Source: Macrostomum hystrix
Lineage: Eukaryota > Animalia > Platyhelminthes
NCBI GenBank assembly: GCA_950097015.1
Contig: CATNEN010000025.1
Span: forward strand, 4,898,001 to 4,962,000
Direction: 5' to 3'
DNA: 64,000 nucleotides
The notes beneath the pieces were generated by a model. That model did no database searches. It saw nothing but the letters and a program-made list of their open reading frames with translations, and had not been told where the DNA came from. The position numbers and the translations under genes were made by a program. Positions 24,535 through 35,924 of this stretch are shown one piece after another (the stretch's first letter is position 1; the number at the start of each line of letters is the position of its first letter).

Positions 24535-26340
24535 TCAAAGATTGACCTCCTGTAGCGTGGGTAGAAGGCGGAAGATTGACCTCCTGTAGCGTGGGTAGAA
24601 GGCGGAAGTTTGACCTCCTGTAGCGTGGGTAGAAGGCGGAAGATTGACCTCCTGTAGCGTGGGTAGAAGGCGGAAGATTGATCTCCTGTAGCGTCGGTAG
24701 AGGGCGGAAGATTGACCTCCTGTAGCGTGGGTAGAGGGCGGAAGATTGACCTCATGTAGCGTGGGTAGAAGGCGGAAGATTGACCTCCTGTAGCGTGGGT
24801 AGAAGGCGGAAGATTGATCTCCTGTAGCGTGGGTAGAAGGCGGAAGATTGACCTCATGTAGCGTGGGTAGAAGGCGGAAGATTGATCTCCTGTAGCGTGG
24901 GTAGAGGGCGGAAGATTGACCTCATGTAGCGTGGGTAGAAGGCGGAAGATTGACCTCCTGTAGCGTGGGTAGAAGGCGGAAGATTGACCTCATGTAGCGT
25001 GGGTAGAAGGCGGAAGATTGATCTCCTGTAGCGTGGGTAGAGGGCGGAAGATTGACCTCCTGTAGCGTGGGTAGAGGGCGGAAGATTGACCTCATGTAGC
25101 GTGGGTAGAAGGCGGAAGATTGACCTCCTGTAGCGTGGGTAGAAGGCGGAAGATTGACCTCATGTAGCGTGGGTAGAAGGCGGAAGATTGATCTCCTGTA
25201 GCGTGGGTAGAGGGCGGAAGATTGACCTCCTGTAGCGTGGGTAGAGGGCGGAAGATTGACCTCATGTAGCGTGGGTAGAGGGCGGAAGATTGACCTCATG
25301 TAGCGTGGGTAGAAGGCGGAAGATTGATCTCCTGTAGCGTGGGTAGAGGGCGGAAGATTGACCTCCTGTAGCGTGGGTAGAGGGCGGAAGATTGACCTCA
25401 TGTAGCTTAAGTAGAGGGCGGAAGATTGACCTCATGTAGCTTAAGTAGAGGGCGGAAGATTGACCTCCTGTAGCGTGGGTAGAGGGCGGAAGATTGACCT
25501 CATGTGCAGCTTAAGTGGAGGGCGGAAGATTGACCTCCTGTAACGTGGGTAGAGGGCGGAAGATTGACCTCATGTAGCTAAAGTAACTAACACTTTTCAT
25601 GTAGCTTGGTTAGAGGGCGGAGGATTGACCTCATGTGCAGCTTAAGTAGAGGGCGGAAGATTGACCTCCTGTAGCTTAAGTAGAGGGCGGAAGATTGACC
25701 TCATGTAGCTTAAGTAGAGGGCGGAAGATTGACCTCCTGTAGCGTGGGTAGAGGGCGGAAGATTGACCTCATGTAGCTTAAGTAGAGGGCGGAAGATTGA
25801 CCTCCTGTAGCTTAAGTAGAGGGCGGAAGATTGACCTCATGTAGCTTAAGTAGAGGGCGGAAGATTGACCTCCTGTAGCGTGGGTAGAGGGCGGAAGATT
25901 GACCTCATGTAGCGTGGGTAGAGGGCGGAAGATTGACCTCCTGTAGAGTGGGTAGAGGGCGGAAGATTGACCTCCTGTAGCGTGGGTAGAGGGCGGAAGA
26001 TTGACCTCCTGTAGCGTGGGTAGAGGGCGGAAGATTGACCTCCTGTAGCTTGGTTAGAGGGCGGAAGATTGACCTCCTGTAGCGTGGGTAGAGGGCGGAA
26101 GATTGACCTCCTGTAGCGTGGGTAGAGGGCGGAAGATTGACCTCATGTAGCTTAAGTAGAGGGCGGAAGATTGACCTCATGTAGCTTAAGTAGAGGGCGG
26201 AAGATTGACCTCCTGTAGCGTGGGTAGAGGGCGGAAGATTGACCTCATGTGCAGCTTAAGTGGAGGGCGGAAGGTTGACCTCCTGTAGCGTGGGTAGAGG
26301 GCGGAAGATTGACCTCATGTAGCTTAAGTAGAGGGCGGAA
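24535..26340. repeat. About 34-bp array (agcgtgggtagagggcggaagattgacctcctgt)
   Basis: Directly visible head-to-tail units without spacers. Confidence 0.95.
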
Positions 26341-27059
26341 GGCCAGTACAGTTCCCAGACAGTGCTCGAGTTAGGCAACCGTACTTCAAGCATTCGCAGT
26401 CTGCATTTTATGATTCCAGTTTTTGAATTAGCCAAATTCATCAGAGTTCCATAAGCAACAGCTTAAAGAGGCTGAAACCCAGCTTCCGTCATGACATCGC
26501 TGCAACTGCCTCCTTCCCCCACCCCCAACAGTCTTGTCGGAGAACACTGTTGACACACAACTCTATGCTCAGACCACACGCGTGTTCGGTGTTTGCTAGC
26601 TACGATAGTCATGAATCCTGTTTCGGCCTCTCTCGCAGCCACTCTCTCTCTCTGTCTCTGTAGGTCTAGGATCTGGGCATGTCTCCGTTTTCCTCTAGTA
26701 TTGCAAATCCCTGCCCAAATCCCACTTCCAACATCCACTTCCTCCGCAGCGGAGGGTGAACGGAATCCACTTGTTAATAGATTGTATCGTACCGAACTGC
26801 CTGAGACACTAAACACATTGCGAGAGCTGAGTCTAGTTCCGCGCTTCATTTTTTACCATTCGCTTCGCCCCGCCGCAAACCATTCAGCTTTTTCTCAATC
26901 TGCTTCACTTTTTCTAGAACGCGAACAGATGTGCCCCAGAAAGCAGATGCATGTTTAAAATCTAAGCTAAAAGGAAAATTGTCATTGCTGACTAAAAAAT
27001 AATGATGGAAACCTACGTCATCTGGAATGACTTTTAACTTACCCAGCAACTGCCAACAG

Positions 27060-27530
27060 TCACTCCTAGAAGCAGTCTAATCTTGTTGCAGTCACTCATA
27101 GAAGCAGTCTAATCTTGTTGCAGTCTAATCTTGTTGCAGTCTAATCTTGTTGCAGTCACTCCTAGAAGCAGTCTAATCTTGTTGCAGTCTAATCTTGTTG
27201 CAGTCTAATCTTGTTGCAGTCACTCATAGAAGCAGTCTAATCTTGTTGCAGTCTAATCTTGTTGCAGTCTAATCTTGTTGCAGTCACTCCTAGAAGCAGT
27301 CTAATCTTGTTGCAGTCTAATCTTGTTGCAGTCACTCCTAGAAGCAGTCTAATCTTGTTGCAGTCTAATCTTGTTGCAGTCACTCCTAGAAGCAGTCTAA
27401 TCTTGTTGCAGTCTAATCTTGTTGCAGTCTAATCTTGTTGCAGTCACTCATAGAAGCAGTCTAATCTTGTTGCAGTCACTCATAGAAGCAGTCTAATCTT
27501 GTTGCAGTCTAATCTTGTTGCAGTCACTCA
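27060..27530. repeat. 16-bp array (gcagtctaatcttgtt) with gcagtcactcatagaa variants
   Basis: Directly visible. Confidence 0.93.
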
Positions 27531-28306
27531 CTCGTCAATTAATATATTTTGAAAGCAGATATTCGTTTAAATATATTTCGAAGTTACAATACATCCAGAG
27601 TAGTCGCTGGGAAATATTTTTGAAAGTGTGAGCCAGCCGCAGGGGGGTGGGACTTTGCCGATAGCTGACCCCCGCCTACCCGCAGTTCGTATCCATCCGA
27701 CGCGAGCAGGATAGCAACAGCCTTGGAGTATTTGTGTGTGTGTTGGAAAGGGGTTGGCATTGAATATTCATGAGCTGGGTGGGGCCTCAGAGCAGACAAG
27801 GATGGGCATAGGAGGGGCGTTGGTCGCGACCATTATCGCCGACTTGGCCTATTTGACATTCGAAGGCGCTTTAATGCCTCGATTCTAGATCTGGCCCTAG
27901 ATCAGGGGTGGGGTTGGCTTTGGCTGGGACATGCAACCCCCCCCCCCAACCAAAGCCCAAGTGGGAAAACCGCGAACCGATGGGACAGAGAGACAGCCTG
28001 ACATTCTGCATGCAGTGCAAAGTGAAGAGATAGCCTGGGAGCAATAATAAACACTGCATTGCTGCCAGACATTCATTTCCGCAGCCTGAACTGGCTATTG
28101 CTATGGCTGACTTGTTGTCACGGAAATCAATTATCATTTGTTGCGCGTGAGAAGGCGCCGCACCAGACCGCGTGTCCGCGGAAAGTGCGCGCAGACACCA
28201 CAGTTAAAGCTTAACTTGTAAATAAAACTAGAATTCCCTGCTAAAACGACTGGTGGAGAGGTAGCCGAGGTACTAAAGATAGAATTTGAGATTTGAATTT
28301 GGCCCA

Positions 28307-28825
28307 TTATTTGGCGCCCATTAAACCGTATAATGGGCGCCAAATAATGGGCCGCAAATCATTTATTGACGCGAAACGTTTCAACCAGATAGACATCTGC
28401 TGCTTCAAGGTGTAGAAATAGTAGTGCTGAATCATTGCCACTAAGTCCTTGAGACTACCCGGTGGGTATTTCTCTCCATTCTCCTTACGAATCTCGAAGA
28501 CGAAGAATTGGAGAAGCTCATTCACCTCAGACTTTGACAGCACCTCAAGTGGCTTTATCACCATGAGTCCGGGCACGTCGCCTTGCGCTTGCAACTGGAC
28601 GCGACTTTCCTTCCACGTTCGAAACACCTTGACAGCCCACTTCTCCTTCGCACGCGTAGCGTCGGGCAAACTCTCCGCCATCCTACGCTCCACGTCGTCG
28701 GCACTTAACACCTCACCAACACGAGTAGTATCAAGCAACGGCAGAAACTTCACATCGGTGGCGGGTGAGGCTTCAAAAGAGTCCAAGAATGCAGAAAAGT
28801 CTAATTCTTCTTCAGCGTCGGCCAT
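28307..28825 (-). mobile_element. Truncated Crypton-type (tyrosine recombinase-related, ZMYM/DUF3504-associated N-terminal core) fragment in CELF intron 1
   Basis: ATRAKEKWAVKVFRTWKESR...LSKSEVNELLQFFVFEIRKENGEKYPPGSLKDLVAMIQHY fits the T-x-WA-x-x-F-x-x-W and F-x-x-E-x-RK-x-NG-x-x-Y-x-P-x-SL pattern of CryptonA/ZMYM2-4/QRICH1. The catalytic domain is absent. Confidence 0.7.
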
Positions 28826-29084
28826 CGTGGATGCAAATAAACTCGAAGCTAGCAAGACTGATCTCTCTCTCTGACTGACTGACTGACTGACTGAGCCAGC
28901 ATCGAATTTCATATAAAATCGTGGCCGTTCAATTTGCAGTCTATGGTCTAAACTCTAAGCTAGCGAGACTGTTCTCTCTAACTGACTGACTGAGCCGGCA
29001 TCGAGTTTCATATAAAATAGTGGCTGCTCAATTTGCAGTCTATGGTTAAAAAGTCCTCGGCCACGCTCAATAGGCCACACGGCG

Positions 29085-29350
29085 AGGCCACATTCATTTG
29101 GGGCGCAGCCGCGGAGAGAAGGCTTGGGGGCTTGTCGTGCAATTCACGCCCTTGAGGGCACAGTGCAGAGAGTGTACACTGCTTGATGATGAGAAAGTCA
29201 GGGCTGATGTACACACCTGTGTGAGCGTGTGCCTGCGTTCGGATATCTGAGTGGGTGTGTGCTCAGGAGTTCGCGAAATGGGCAAAATTGCCTCCTCACT
29301 GGCTGCTGGTCTAGTGTCTGTCATCAAATGATATTCCATTGCCCGCAGCC
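29085..29350 (+). mobile_element. SINE family 2 copy
   Basis: gatgagaaagtcagggctgatgtacacacc...tgtgtgctcaggag...gggcaaaattgcctcctc. Confidence 0.7.
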
Positions 29351-29629
29351 CTCCTGCAATTATTATTATTGTGATTAAGCTGTTCACTCCATGGACTGGA
29401 GGGCCGTCACACTACTCCAGCTGATGCTGGCACCCATTTCATTGGGCGGTTGAGCTGGGTATTGTCTATTGCTCAAGGAAATAAACCAGTGTGAGTGAGT
29501 GTGAGTGAGTGTGAGTGAGTGTGAGTGTGGGTGTGAGTGTGCGTGTGTGTGTATGTGTGTGTGTGTGGGTGTGTGAGTGAGTGTGTTAGTTGACGTCATT
29601 GTCAAGTAGACTACAAAGCTGACTCAAAC

Positions 29630-29843
29630 CTCTGTGCAGCCCAGTCCGTCTGTCCTTTAGCACCGTCAGCTCGACGACGTGGCCAAACTCCTGGAACATT
29701 GGCAGCAGTGCTTCTTCTGTCATCGTTCTTGGGATTTGGCCTATGAACAGCTTTAGACGCTGCTGCTGCTGCTGTTGCTGTTGCTGTTTTCCTTCCTGGC
29801 AAGAAACAGATGCTTGACTAGACATGCCGAGCCCAACAACCAT
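29630..29843 (-). CDS. CELF: CELF/Bruno-like RNA-binding protein, exon 1 (start of RRM1)
   Basis: ATG at 29843 reads MVVGLGMSS...[43 protein letters not shown], the RNP2 region of CELF RRM1. Donor G|GTTTGAG at 29629, phase 1. Confidence 0.85.
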
Positions 29844-30125
29844 GTCGGATATATGCGATAGCAATCCTTTCAACCTGATTCACGACAAAACTGATGTTGC
29901 TTTGGGCTATGCGATGCTGGGCTTGCGAATTTACTGACTCTGTCTGCACGCCATTCTTAACTGTTGCGCGAGAGTGCAAGAAATGAATAATTTCCCGCAC
30001 TGACAGCTGAGGGATTTGCAGCACGCCGGTGATTGGTTGAGGGATTTAACACTCGATGCACTGCCCTGAGCTTAACTGCCCCATGACCTACTCCACCTCT
30101 CTCCTACTTCAATAAAGGCCTAGAG

Positions 30126-31022
30126 CAGGGGTAGGCAAACTTATTTGCTGGCGGGCCAAAGAGAGAACCTAAAAGACGACAGCGGGCCGCATTGACTGTA
30201 TAAATATGAGATAGGGGAGAGATGAGACACGGGAGAGATAAGACAGGGGAGAGATGAGACACGGGAGAGATGAGACACGGGAGAGATTAGACACGGGAGA
30301 GATAAGACAGGGGAGAGATTAGACACGGGAGAGATAAGACACGGGAGAGATTAGACACGGGAGAGATTAGACACGGGAGAGATAAGACAGGAGAGATTAG
30401 ACACGGGAGAGATAAGACAGGGGAGAGATAAGACACGGGAGAGATTAGACACGGGAGAGATAAGACACGGGAGATATAAGACAGGGGAGAGATTAGACAC
30501 GGGAGAGATTAGACACGGGAGAGATAAGACAGGGGAGAGATTAGACACGGGAGAGATGAGACACAGGAGAGATTAGACACGGGAGAGATTAGACACGGGA
30601 GAGATAAGACACAGGAGAGATTAGACACGGGAGAGATTAGACACGGGAGAGATAAGACACGGGAGAGATAAGACACGAGAGCGATGAGACACGGGAGAGA
30701 TGAGACACAAGAGCGATGAGACACGGGAGAGATAAGACACGGGAGAGATAAGACACGAGAGCGATGAGACACGGGAGAGATGAGACACAAGAGCGATGAG
30801 ACACGGGAGAGATTAGACACGGGAGAGATGAGACACGAGAGCGATGAGACACGGGAGAGATGAGACACAAGAGCGATGAGACACGGGAGAGATTAGACAC
30901 GGGAGAGATTAGACACGAGAGAGATGAAACAGGACACTGTAGATGTCAGAAGGGGCAACGGGCCGGATTTGGGAGCTTCGAGGGCCGCATCTGGCCCGCG
31001 GGCCGGAGTTTGCCGACCCCTG
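30126..31022 (+). mobile_element. hAT (Charlie-like) MITE with expanded internal minisatellite
   Basis: TIRs CAGGGGTAGGCAAACT / AGTTTGCCGACCCCTG and a perfect 8-bp TSD GCCTAGAG (30118-30125 and 31023-31030). Confidence 0.9.
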
Positions 31023-31400
31023 GCCTAGAGATTGATGCGAATCTGAATCGCTTCACACAGCTACAATGCCATTATTGCTGCGGACTAATAATAGCAATAA
31101 GAATACGGATGAAATGAAAATTCTGGGACGAATAGTTGTTCCTCAACAGACTGTTTGGATGGGATTGACATCGGAGATTAAACAGGTGGCAAGCCAATGT
31201 TTGATTCATTACCGTTTAATACTCCGCGACCTGCCGAGTGAAAAATCAACATTTCTGCCTTAGGCAGGTAGCTGAGTAAAGATTTAAGCCATTAATTAAG
31301 CATTGAATTTTGTAGCTCGTAATACATATGCATTGCAAACTACTCACGAGTAGAATTGCCTAATCCGCCATAGTTTACTTAATTTTGGCTAAGTATAGGG

Positions 31401-31714
31401 CAGGGGCGGCGAACTTATTTAGCATGCAGGCGACGATGAGAACCAAAAAGACGGCCGCATTAACTGTAGGAATATGAGACATGGGAGAGATGAGACAGAG
31501 AAGAGATAAGACAGGGGAGAGACGGGAGACACGGGAGAGATGAGACAGGGGAGAGATGAGACACTGGAGAGACGAGACAAGACACGGGGAGATGAGACTC
31601 TCCATCAGACGGGGGAAAGATGAGACAGGATACAATAGGTGTTGGAAGGGGCAATGGGCCGGATTTAGGAGCTTCGAGGGCCGCAGCTTGCGCGCGGGCC
31701 GGAGTTTGCCCCTG
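31401..31714 (+). mobile_element. hAT MITE, second copy
   Basis: CAGGGGCGGCGAACT...GAGTTTGCCCCTG with the same subterminal sequence as copy 1. TSD gtataggg/gtttaggg (1 mismatch). Confidence 0.8.
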
Positions 31715-32047
31715 GTTTAGGGTTTCCGTAAATGAATAGGATTCAACTGGGTTTCAACTATAATTAAACTTGGATTGAGTACTGGTATACAACAGGGATT
31801 CAAATAGGAATCAGTATTTAAGTACTAGGATTCAATTAGAACAATGGAAAGTGATTTGCCTTTTTTCGGACTGGTCTTCGTTACTAAGATTTAATGTATT
31901 TGCAATAATATGACAGTAGTAAGAAAGAAAGTCGAAACTCAGCTATTGCTTTGTTATCACAACGTTATATTTTCTAGCAGCAATCATGATCTTGAATCAA
32001 AACAAACAATTTAGCAAAAGTCCACTCAATGTTTGTCACTATATCAG

Positions 32048-32287
32048 CTAATAATCGCCGGACTTGTAGTAGAGCTCAACAACCGTGGGCTTGTTGTATT
32101 TGTCGTACTGTTCAACTTTAACGTTCTCGTAAGCGACCTTTATTGGCACCTCCTTAACTTTGTAGCCGTAATCAGGGCCGAAAGCGTTGGCCACACCATT
32201 GCCATGGTAGTTATCGTCGTTCGCAGGCGCACAGTGGGCCAGACCAACGCAGAGGCACAGGCAGACAGCCAAGCTAGCCGAGATCAT
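32048..32287 (-). CDS. Small secreted Tyr/Lys/Val-rich protein (79 aa), intronless
   Basis: MISASLAVCLCLCVGLAHCA signal-peptide-like N-terminus. Mature part DYGYKVKEVPIKVAYENVKVEQYDKYNKPTVVELYYKSGDY. The signal peptide and promoter resemble those of the 35080-35862 gene. Confidence 0.7.
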   Translation of the reverse strand: MISASLAVCLCLCVGLAHCAPANDDNYHGNGVANAFGPDYGYKVKEVPIKVAYENVKVEQYDKYNKPTVVELYYKSGDY

Positions 32288-32359
32288 ATTTCCGATGTTG
32301 TGACAGAGAAGCGAATAAAAAGATAATAAAGAACTAATGTTGTTTTGAATGAAGTTGAA

Positions 32360-32545
32360 TTTATTGGTCAATTTAATGATTTTGTCTAGTGAAATCGGAT
32401 TTAGCTGGCTGGCCCTGGCTAGAAAGTGGGGTTTTGGTTGGCTCAGAGAATTCTCGGGTTGTAAATGCTTCAGCCAATCAAATTTTAGGAGAGGAGAGAA
32501 AACTGTTGCCCTTTGCCCCGCCACCTCATTTTTCTCACCCCGTCC
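32360..32545 (-). promoter_or_regulatory. Promoter of the 79-aa secreted gene
   Basis: TATA-like caatttaat 32369-32377, ttggctc 32438, ttcagccaatcaaat 32469-32483, cccgccacc 32517, tttctcacccc 32531. Same order and spacing as at 35925-36120. Confidence 0.6.
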
Positions 32546-32753
32546 AGACTAACAGGCCCGGCTTTGCATGTTGAGCCTCAGCTTGCCTTATCAATACTTA
32601 TTTATTACTTTACTGTCTTAAAGTACAAACTGTCACATGCATGTAAATAGATTCATTTCTGTGAATACAAAACGGAACCACCAGATCTACGCTCGTAGCA
32701 GAGAAAATAATCAAGGGATCAAGAATTTACTCGAACTCGTGCTTGTTTAGTTC

Positions 32754-33008
32754 TTGGTTCGGCAAACTTCGACCCGCGGGCCAGATCCGGTTTCCTGTCT
32801 CATCTTCCCATGTCTCATCTCTCTCATCTGGAGGTAGAGAGTCTCATCTCTTCTCGGTCTTAACTCTCCCGTGTCTCATCTGTCCTGTGTCTCATATCTC
32901 CCTGTGTCTCATCTGCCCCTTTCTCATATTCCTACAATTACTGCTGCTCGTTGTCATCTTTTAGGTTCTCTCAGTGGCCCACACGCTAATAAGTTTGCCG
33001 ACCCCCTG
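32754..33008 (-). mobile_element. hAT MITE, third copy (inverted, degenerate)
   Basis: Ends ...AAGTTTGCCGACCCCCTG, internal tgtctcatct units, flanks tttagttc/tttagatc (1 mismatch). Confidence 0.7.
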
Positions 33009-33602
33009 TTTAGATCCTGCCTTAAAAGTTGGGTTAAAAACGACTTATAAGTTTGCATGCCTGAGGACAGCTGCTATTTAGCTAACGTTTCGTTGCTCTC
33101 AAGAAAACATAACAGCGAATTATCGATTGACTGAGATTAGGGATGCCAACCCCGGGGACGGCCCCCCGGGATCCCGAATGAAGGTCCGGGGTTTTGTCCC
33201 CGGGGTTTTGTCCGGCAATCCCCGCAGCAATTGCCTCCCGAATCTTCCAATGATGCTGTTGAACCGCTCAGTATGGAGGCCCGCCTCCATAAGCCTTCCT
33301 AAAGAAGACAAGTGATAGCGCCGCAGAGCAGTCACCTGTTCATTCGTTGGAGAACACAATTGGCAAGGAGCTCGAATTTTTAAGAACTACCGGCCAACTA
33401 CCGGCCAACTACCGGCCAACGAGCATCAACTCTACAGCTGCTCTACCAAGCACTTCTGTCAATCCCAGCAAGCAGCGTTGAATCAGAGCGGGCCTTCTCT
33501 GCAGCAGACCGCCATACTGAGACAAATTTGTCTATTTGTCTAAGAATTTTATATAGACCAACAAAATCGTGGCTGGAATCGCAGCTGCAATCGCAGTTTC
33601 AA

Positions 33603-34725
33603 TCATAGACTCGCTTGCTTTATAGACGAAATTGAAGCAAGAATTCGATCCAGAATCCCAACAAGATTCAGCTGTGAGTGAGTTAAAGTACCGTAGCCAG
33701 ATCCGTAGCCAGATCCGTAGCCAGATCCGTAGCCAGATCCGTAGCCAGATCCGTAGCCAGAATCGTAGCTAGAAAAGAAAATAGATCCGTAGTGAGAGAG
33801 GGGCCCAGAATCGAAGCAGGATCTGTAGCCAGTAAGGGCCCAGAATCGAAGCAGGATCTGTAGCCAGTAAGGGCCCAGAATCGAAGCAGGATCTGTAGCC
33901 AGTAAGGGCCCAGAATCGAAGCAGGATCTGTAGCCAGTAAGGGCCCAGAATCGAAGCAGGATCTGTAGCCAGTAAGGGCCCAGAATCGAAGCAGGATCTG
34001 TAGCCAGTAAGGGCCCAGAATCGAAGCAGGATCTGTAGCCAGTAAGGGCCCAGAATCGAAGCAGGATCTGTAGCCAGTAAGGGCCCAGAATCGAAGCAGG
34101 ATCTGTAGCCAGTAAGGGCCCAGAATCGAAGCAGGATCTGTAGCCAGTAAGGGCCCAGAATCGAAGCAGGATCCGTAGCCATAAGAGGCCTAGAATCGAA
34201 GCAAGATCGATAGCTAGAATCGAAGCAAGATCGATAGCTAGAATCAAAGCAAGATCCATAGCTAGAATCAAAGCAAGATCGATAGCTAGAATCAAAGCAA
34301 GATCCATAGCTAGAATCTAAGCAAGATCCATAGCTAGAATCGAAGCAAGATCGATAGCTAGAATCAAAGCAAGATCCATAGCTAGAATCGAAGCAGGATC
34401 CGTAGCCATTAAAAGCCAAGAATCGAAGCAAGATCGATAGCTAGAATCAAAGCAAGATCCATAGCTAGAATCGAAGCAGGATCCATAGCTAGAATCGAAG
34501 CAAGATCCATAGCTAGAATCGAAGCAAGATCCATAGCTAGAATCGAAGCAGGATCCATAGCTAGAATCGAAGCAAGATCCATAGCTAGAATCGAAGCAAG
34601 ATCCATAGCTAGAATCGAAGCAGGATCCATAGCTAGAATCGAAGCAGGATCCATAGCTCGAATCGAAGCAAGATCCATAGCCAGAATAAAAAACGCTAGA
34701 TGTACGTGCGTACGATCTAGAAACT
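33603..34725 (-). pseudogene. Gly-Tyr-Ser-rich repeat locus (YGSCFDSS and GYGS units) with broken frame; possible third cluster member or non-coding array
   Basis: 24-bp units read YGSCFDSS and 12-bp units read GSGY. Interposed 35-bp units shift frame. No clear ATG or signal peptide. Confidence 0.3.
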
Positions 34726-35079
34726 CAGCAAGGGTTGGATTCTATTCTCTTTCAGACTAGTAGTTTCACTACCCTAATTATTTTACCAGCTATCAAGCAA
34801 AGAATAGCACCTATAGATGTGCATCAGTGATCGATTTTTGACAATATTTCTCTGCACTAATAATACGCTTGAAAATTTCAATTTAATGTCGAAATGTCGC
34901 AATTTTAAAAGCTTCGACAATAAAATTTGACAGAAAAGAAGCGAAACACGAAAATAAGATAGATTTTTGTTAAATTGTTTTCATAGCAATCTAGACAGCA
35001 AAAACAAATATATTTTCAGCTCGTCAAAATACAAATACAGCACATTGAGTCAACTGTTAATGTTAAACTCGGAATTCGC

Positions 35080-35862
35080 TCAGTAATAGGAGTCTTTGCC
35101 ATCGTACTCGTCGTTGGTCTTGCCATAGGGGTCGTACTTGTCGCTCTTGCCATACTTTTCGCTCTTGCCATAGGGGTTGTACTGGTCGCTCTTGCCATAG
35201 GGGTTGTACTGGTCGCTCTTGCCATAGGGGTTGTACTGGTCGCTCTTGCCATAGGGGTTGTACTGGTCGCTCTTGCCATAGGGGTTGTACTGGTCGCTCT
35301 TGCCATAGGGGTTGTACTGGTCGCTCTTGCCATAGGGGTTGTACTGGTCGCTCTTGCCATAGGGGTCGTACTGGTCGCTCTTGCCATACTTGTCGCTCTT
35401 GCCATACTTGTCGCTCTCGCCATACTTGTCGCTCTTGCCATACTTGTCGCTCTTGCCATACTTGTCGCTCTTGCCATACTTGTCGCTCTTACCATAGGGG
35501 TCGTACTGGTCGCTCTTGCCATAGGGGTCGTACTGGTCGCTCTTGCCATACTTGTCGCTCTTGCCATAGGGGTCGTACTGGTCGCTCTTGCCATACTTGT
35601 CGCTCTTGCCATAGGGGTCGTACTGGTCGCTCTTGCCATACTTGTCGCTCTTGCCATAGGGGTCGTACTGGTCGCTCTTGCCATACTTGTCGCTCTTGCC
35701 ATAGGGGTTGTACTGGTCGCTCTTGCCATAGGGGTTGTACTGGTCGCTCTTGTCGGAGGTGTCGTACTCGTCATAAGAGTCGTAGTAATCACCCTTTATA
35801 GCTGAAGAAAGGGCCGTGCCCAAACAGAGACATAGGCAAAAAGCTAGTCTTGTTGAGATCAT
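35080..35862 (-). CDS. Secreted Tyr/Lys/Asp/Gly/Ser-rich repeat protein (260 aa), eggshell/adhesive-like or repeat prohormone
   Basis: Signal peptide MISTRLAFCLCLCLGTALSSA. The 18-bp (KSDKYG) and 27-bp (KSDQY[N/D]PYG) repeat units all preserve frame. Unique N- and C-terminal flanks; TATA-like tataaat at 35931-35937. Confidence 0.82.
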   Translation of the reverse strand: MISTRLAFCLCLCLGTALSSAIKGDYYDSYDEYDTSDKSDQYNPYGKSDQYNPYGKSDKYGKSDQYDPYGKSDKYGKSDQYDPYGKSDKYGKSDQYDPYGKSDKYGKSDQYDPYGKSDQYDPYGKSDKYGKSDKYGKSDKYGKSDKYGESDKYGKSDKYGKSDQYDPYGKSDQYNPYGKSDQYNPYGKSDQYNPYGKSDQYNPYGKSDQYNPYGKSDQYNPYGKSDQYNPYGKSEKYGKSDKYDPYGKTNDEYDGKDSYY

Positions 35863-35924
35863 TTCAGACTGCGTATCGGAATTTGGCGTCAAAACATATT
35901 ACTTGAGTTGGTTGCTGAAATCTG

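Noticed and set aside
24535-26340. Regular repeats of about 34 bp suggesting a CRISPR array
   Set aside because: Units are head-to-tail with no unique spacers, there are no cas genes, and the context is a eukaryotic intron.
33139-33300. hAT-Blackjack-like terminus (tagggatgccaacc)
   Set aside because: No matching opposite TIR or TSD found nearby, so it cannot be supported as an element.
35016-35792. Alternative-frame ORF (MARATSTTP repeats)
   Set aside because: Shadow frame of the 35080-35862 gene; it lacks a signal peptide and an ATG start.
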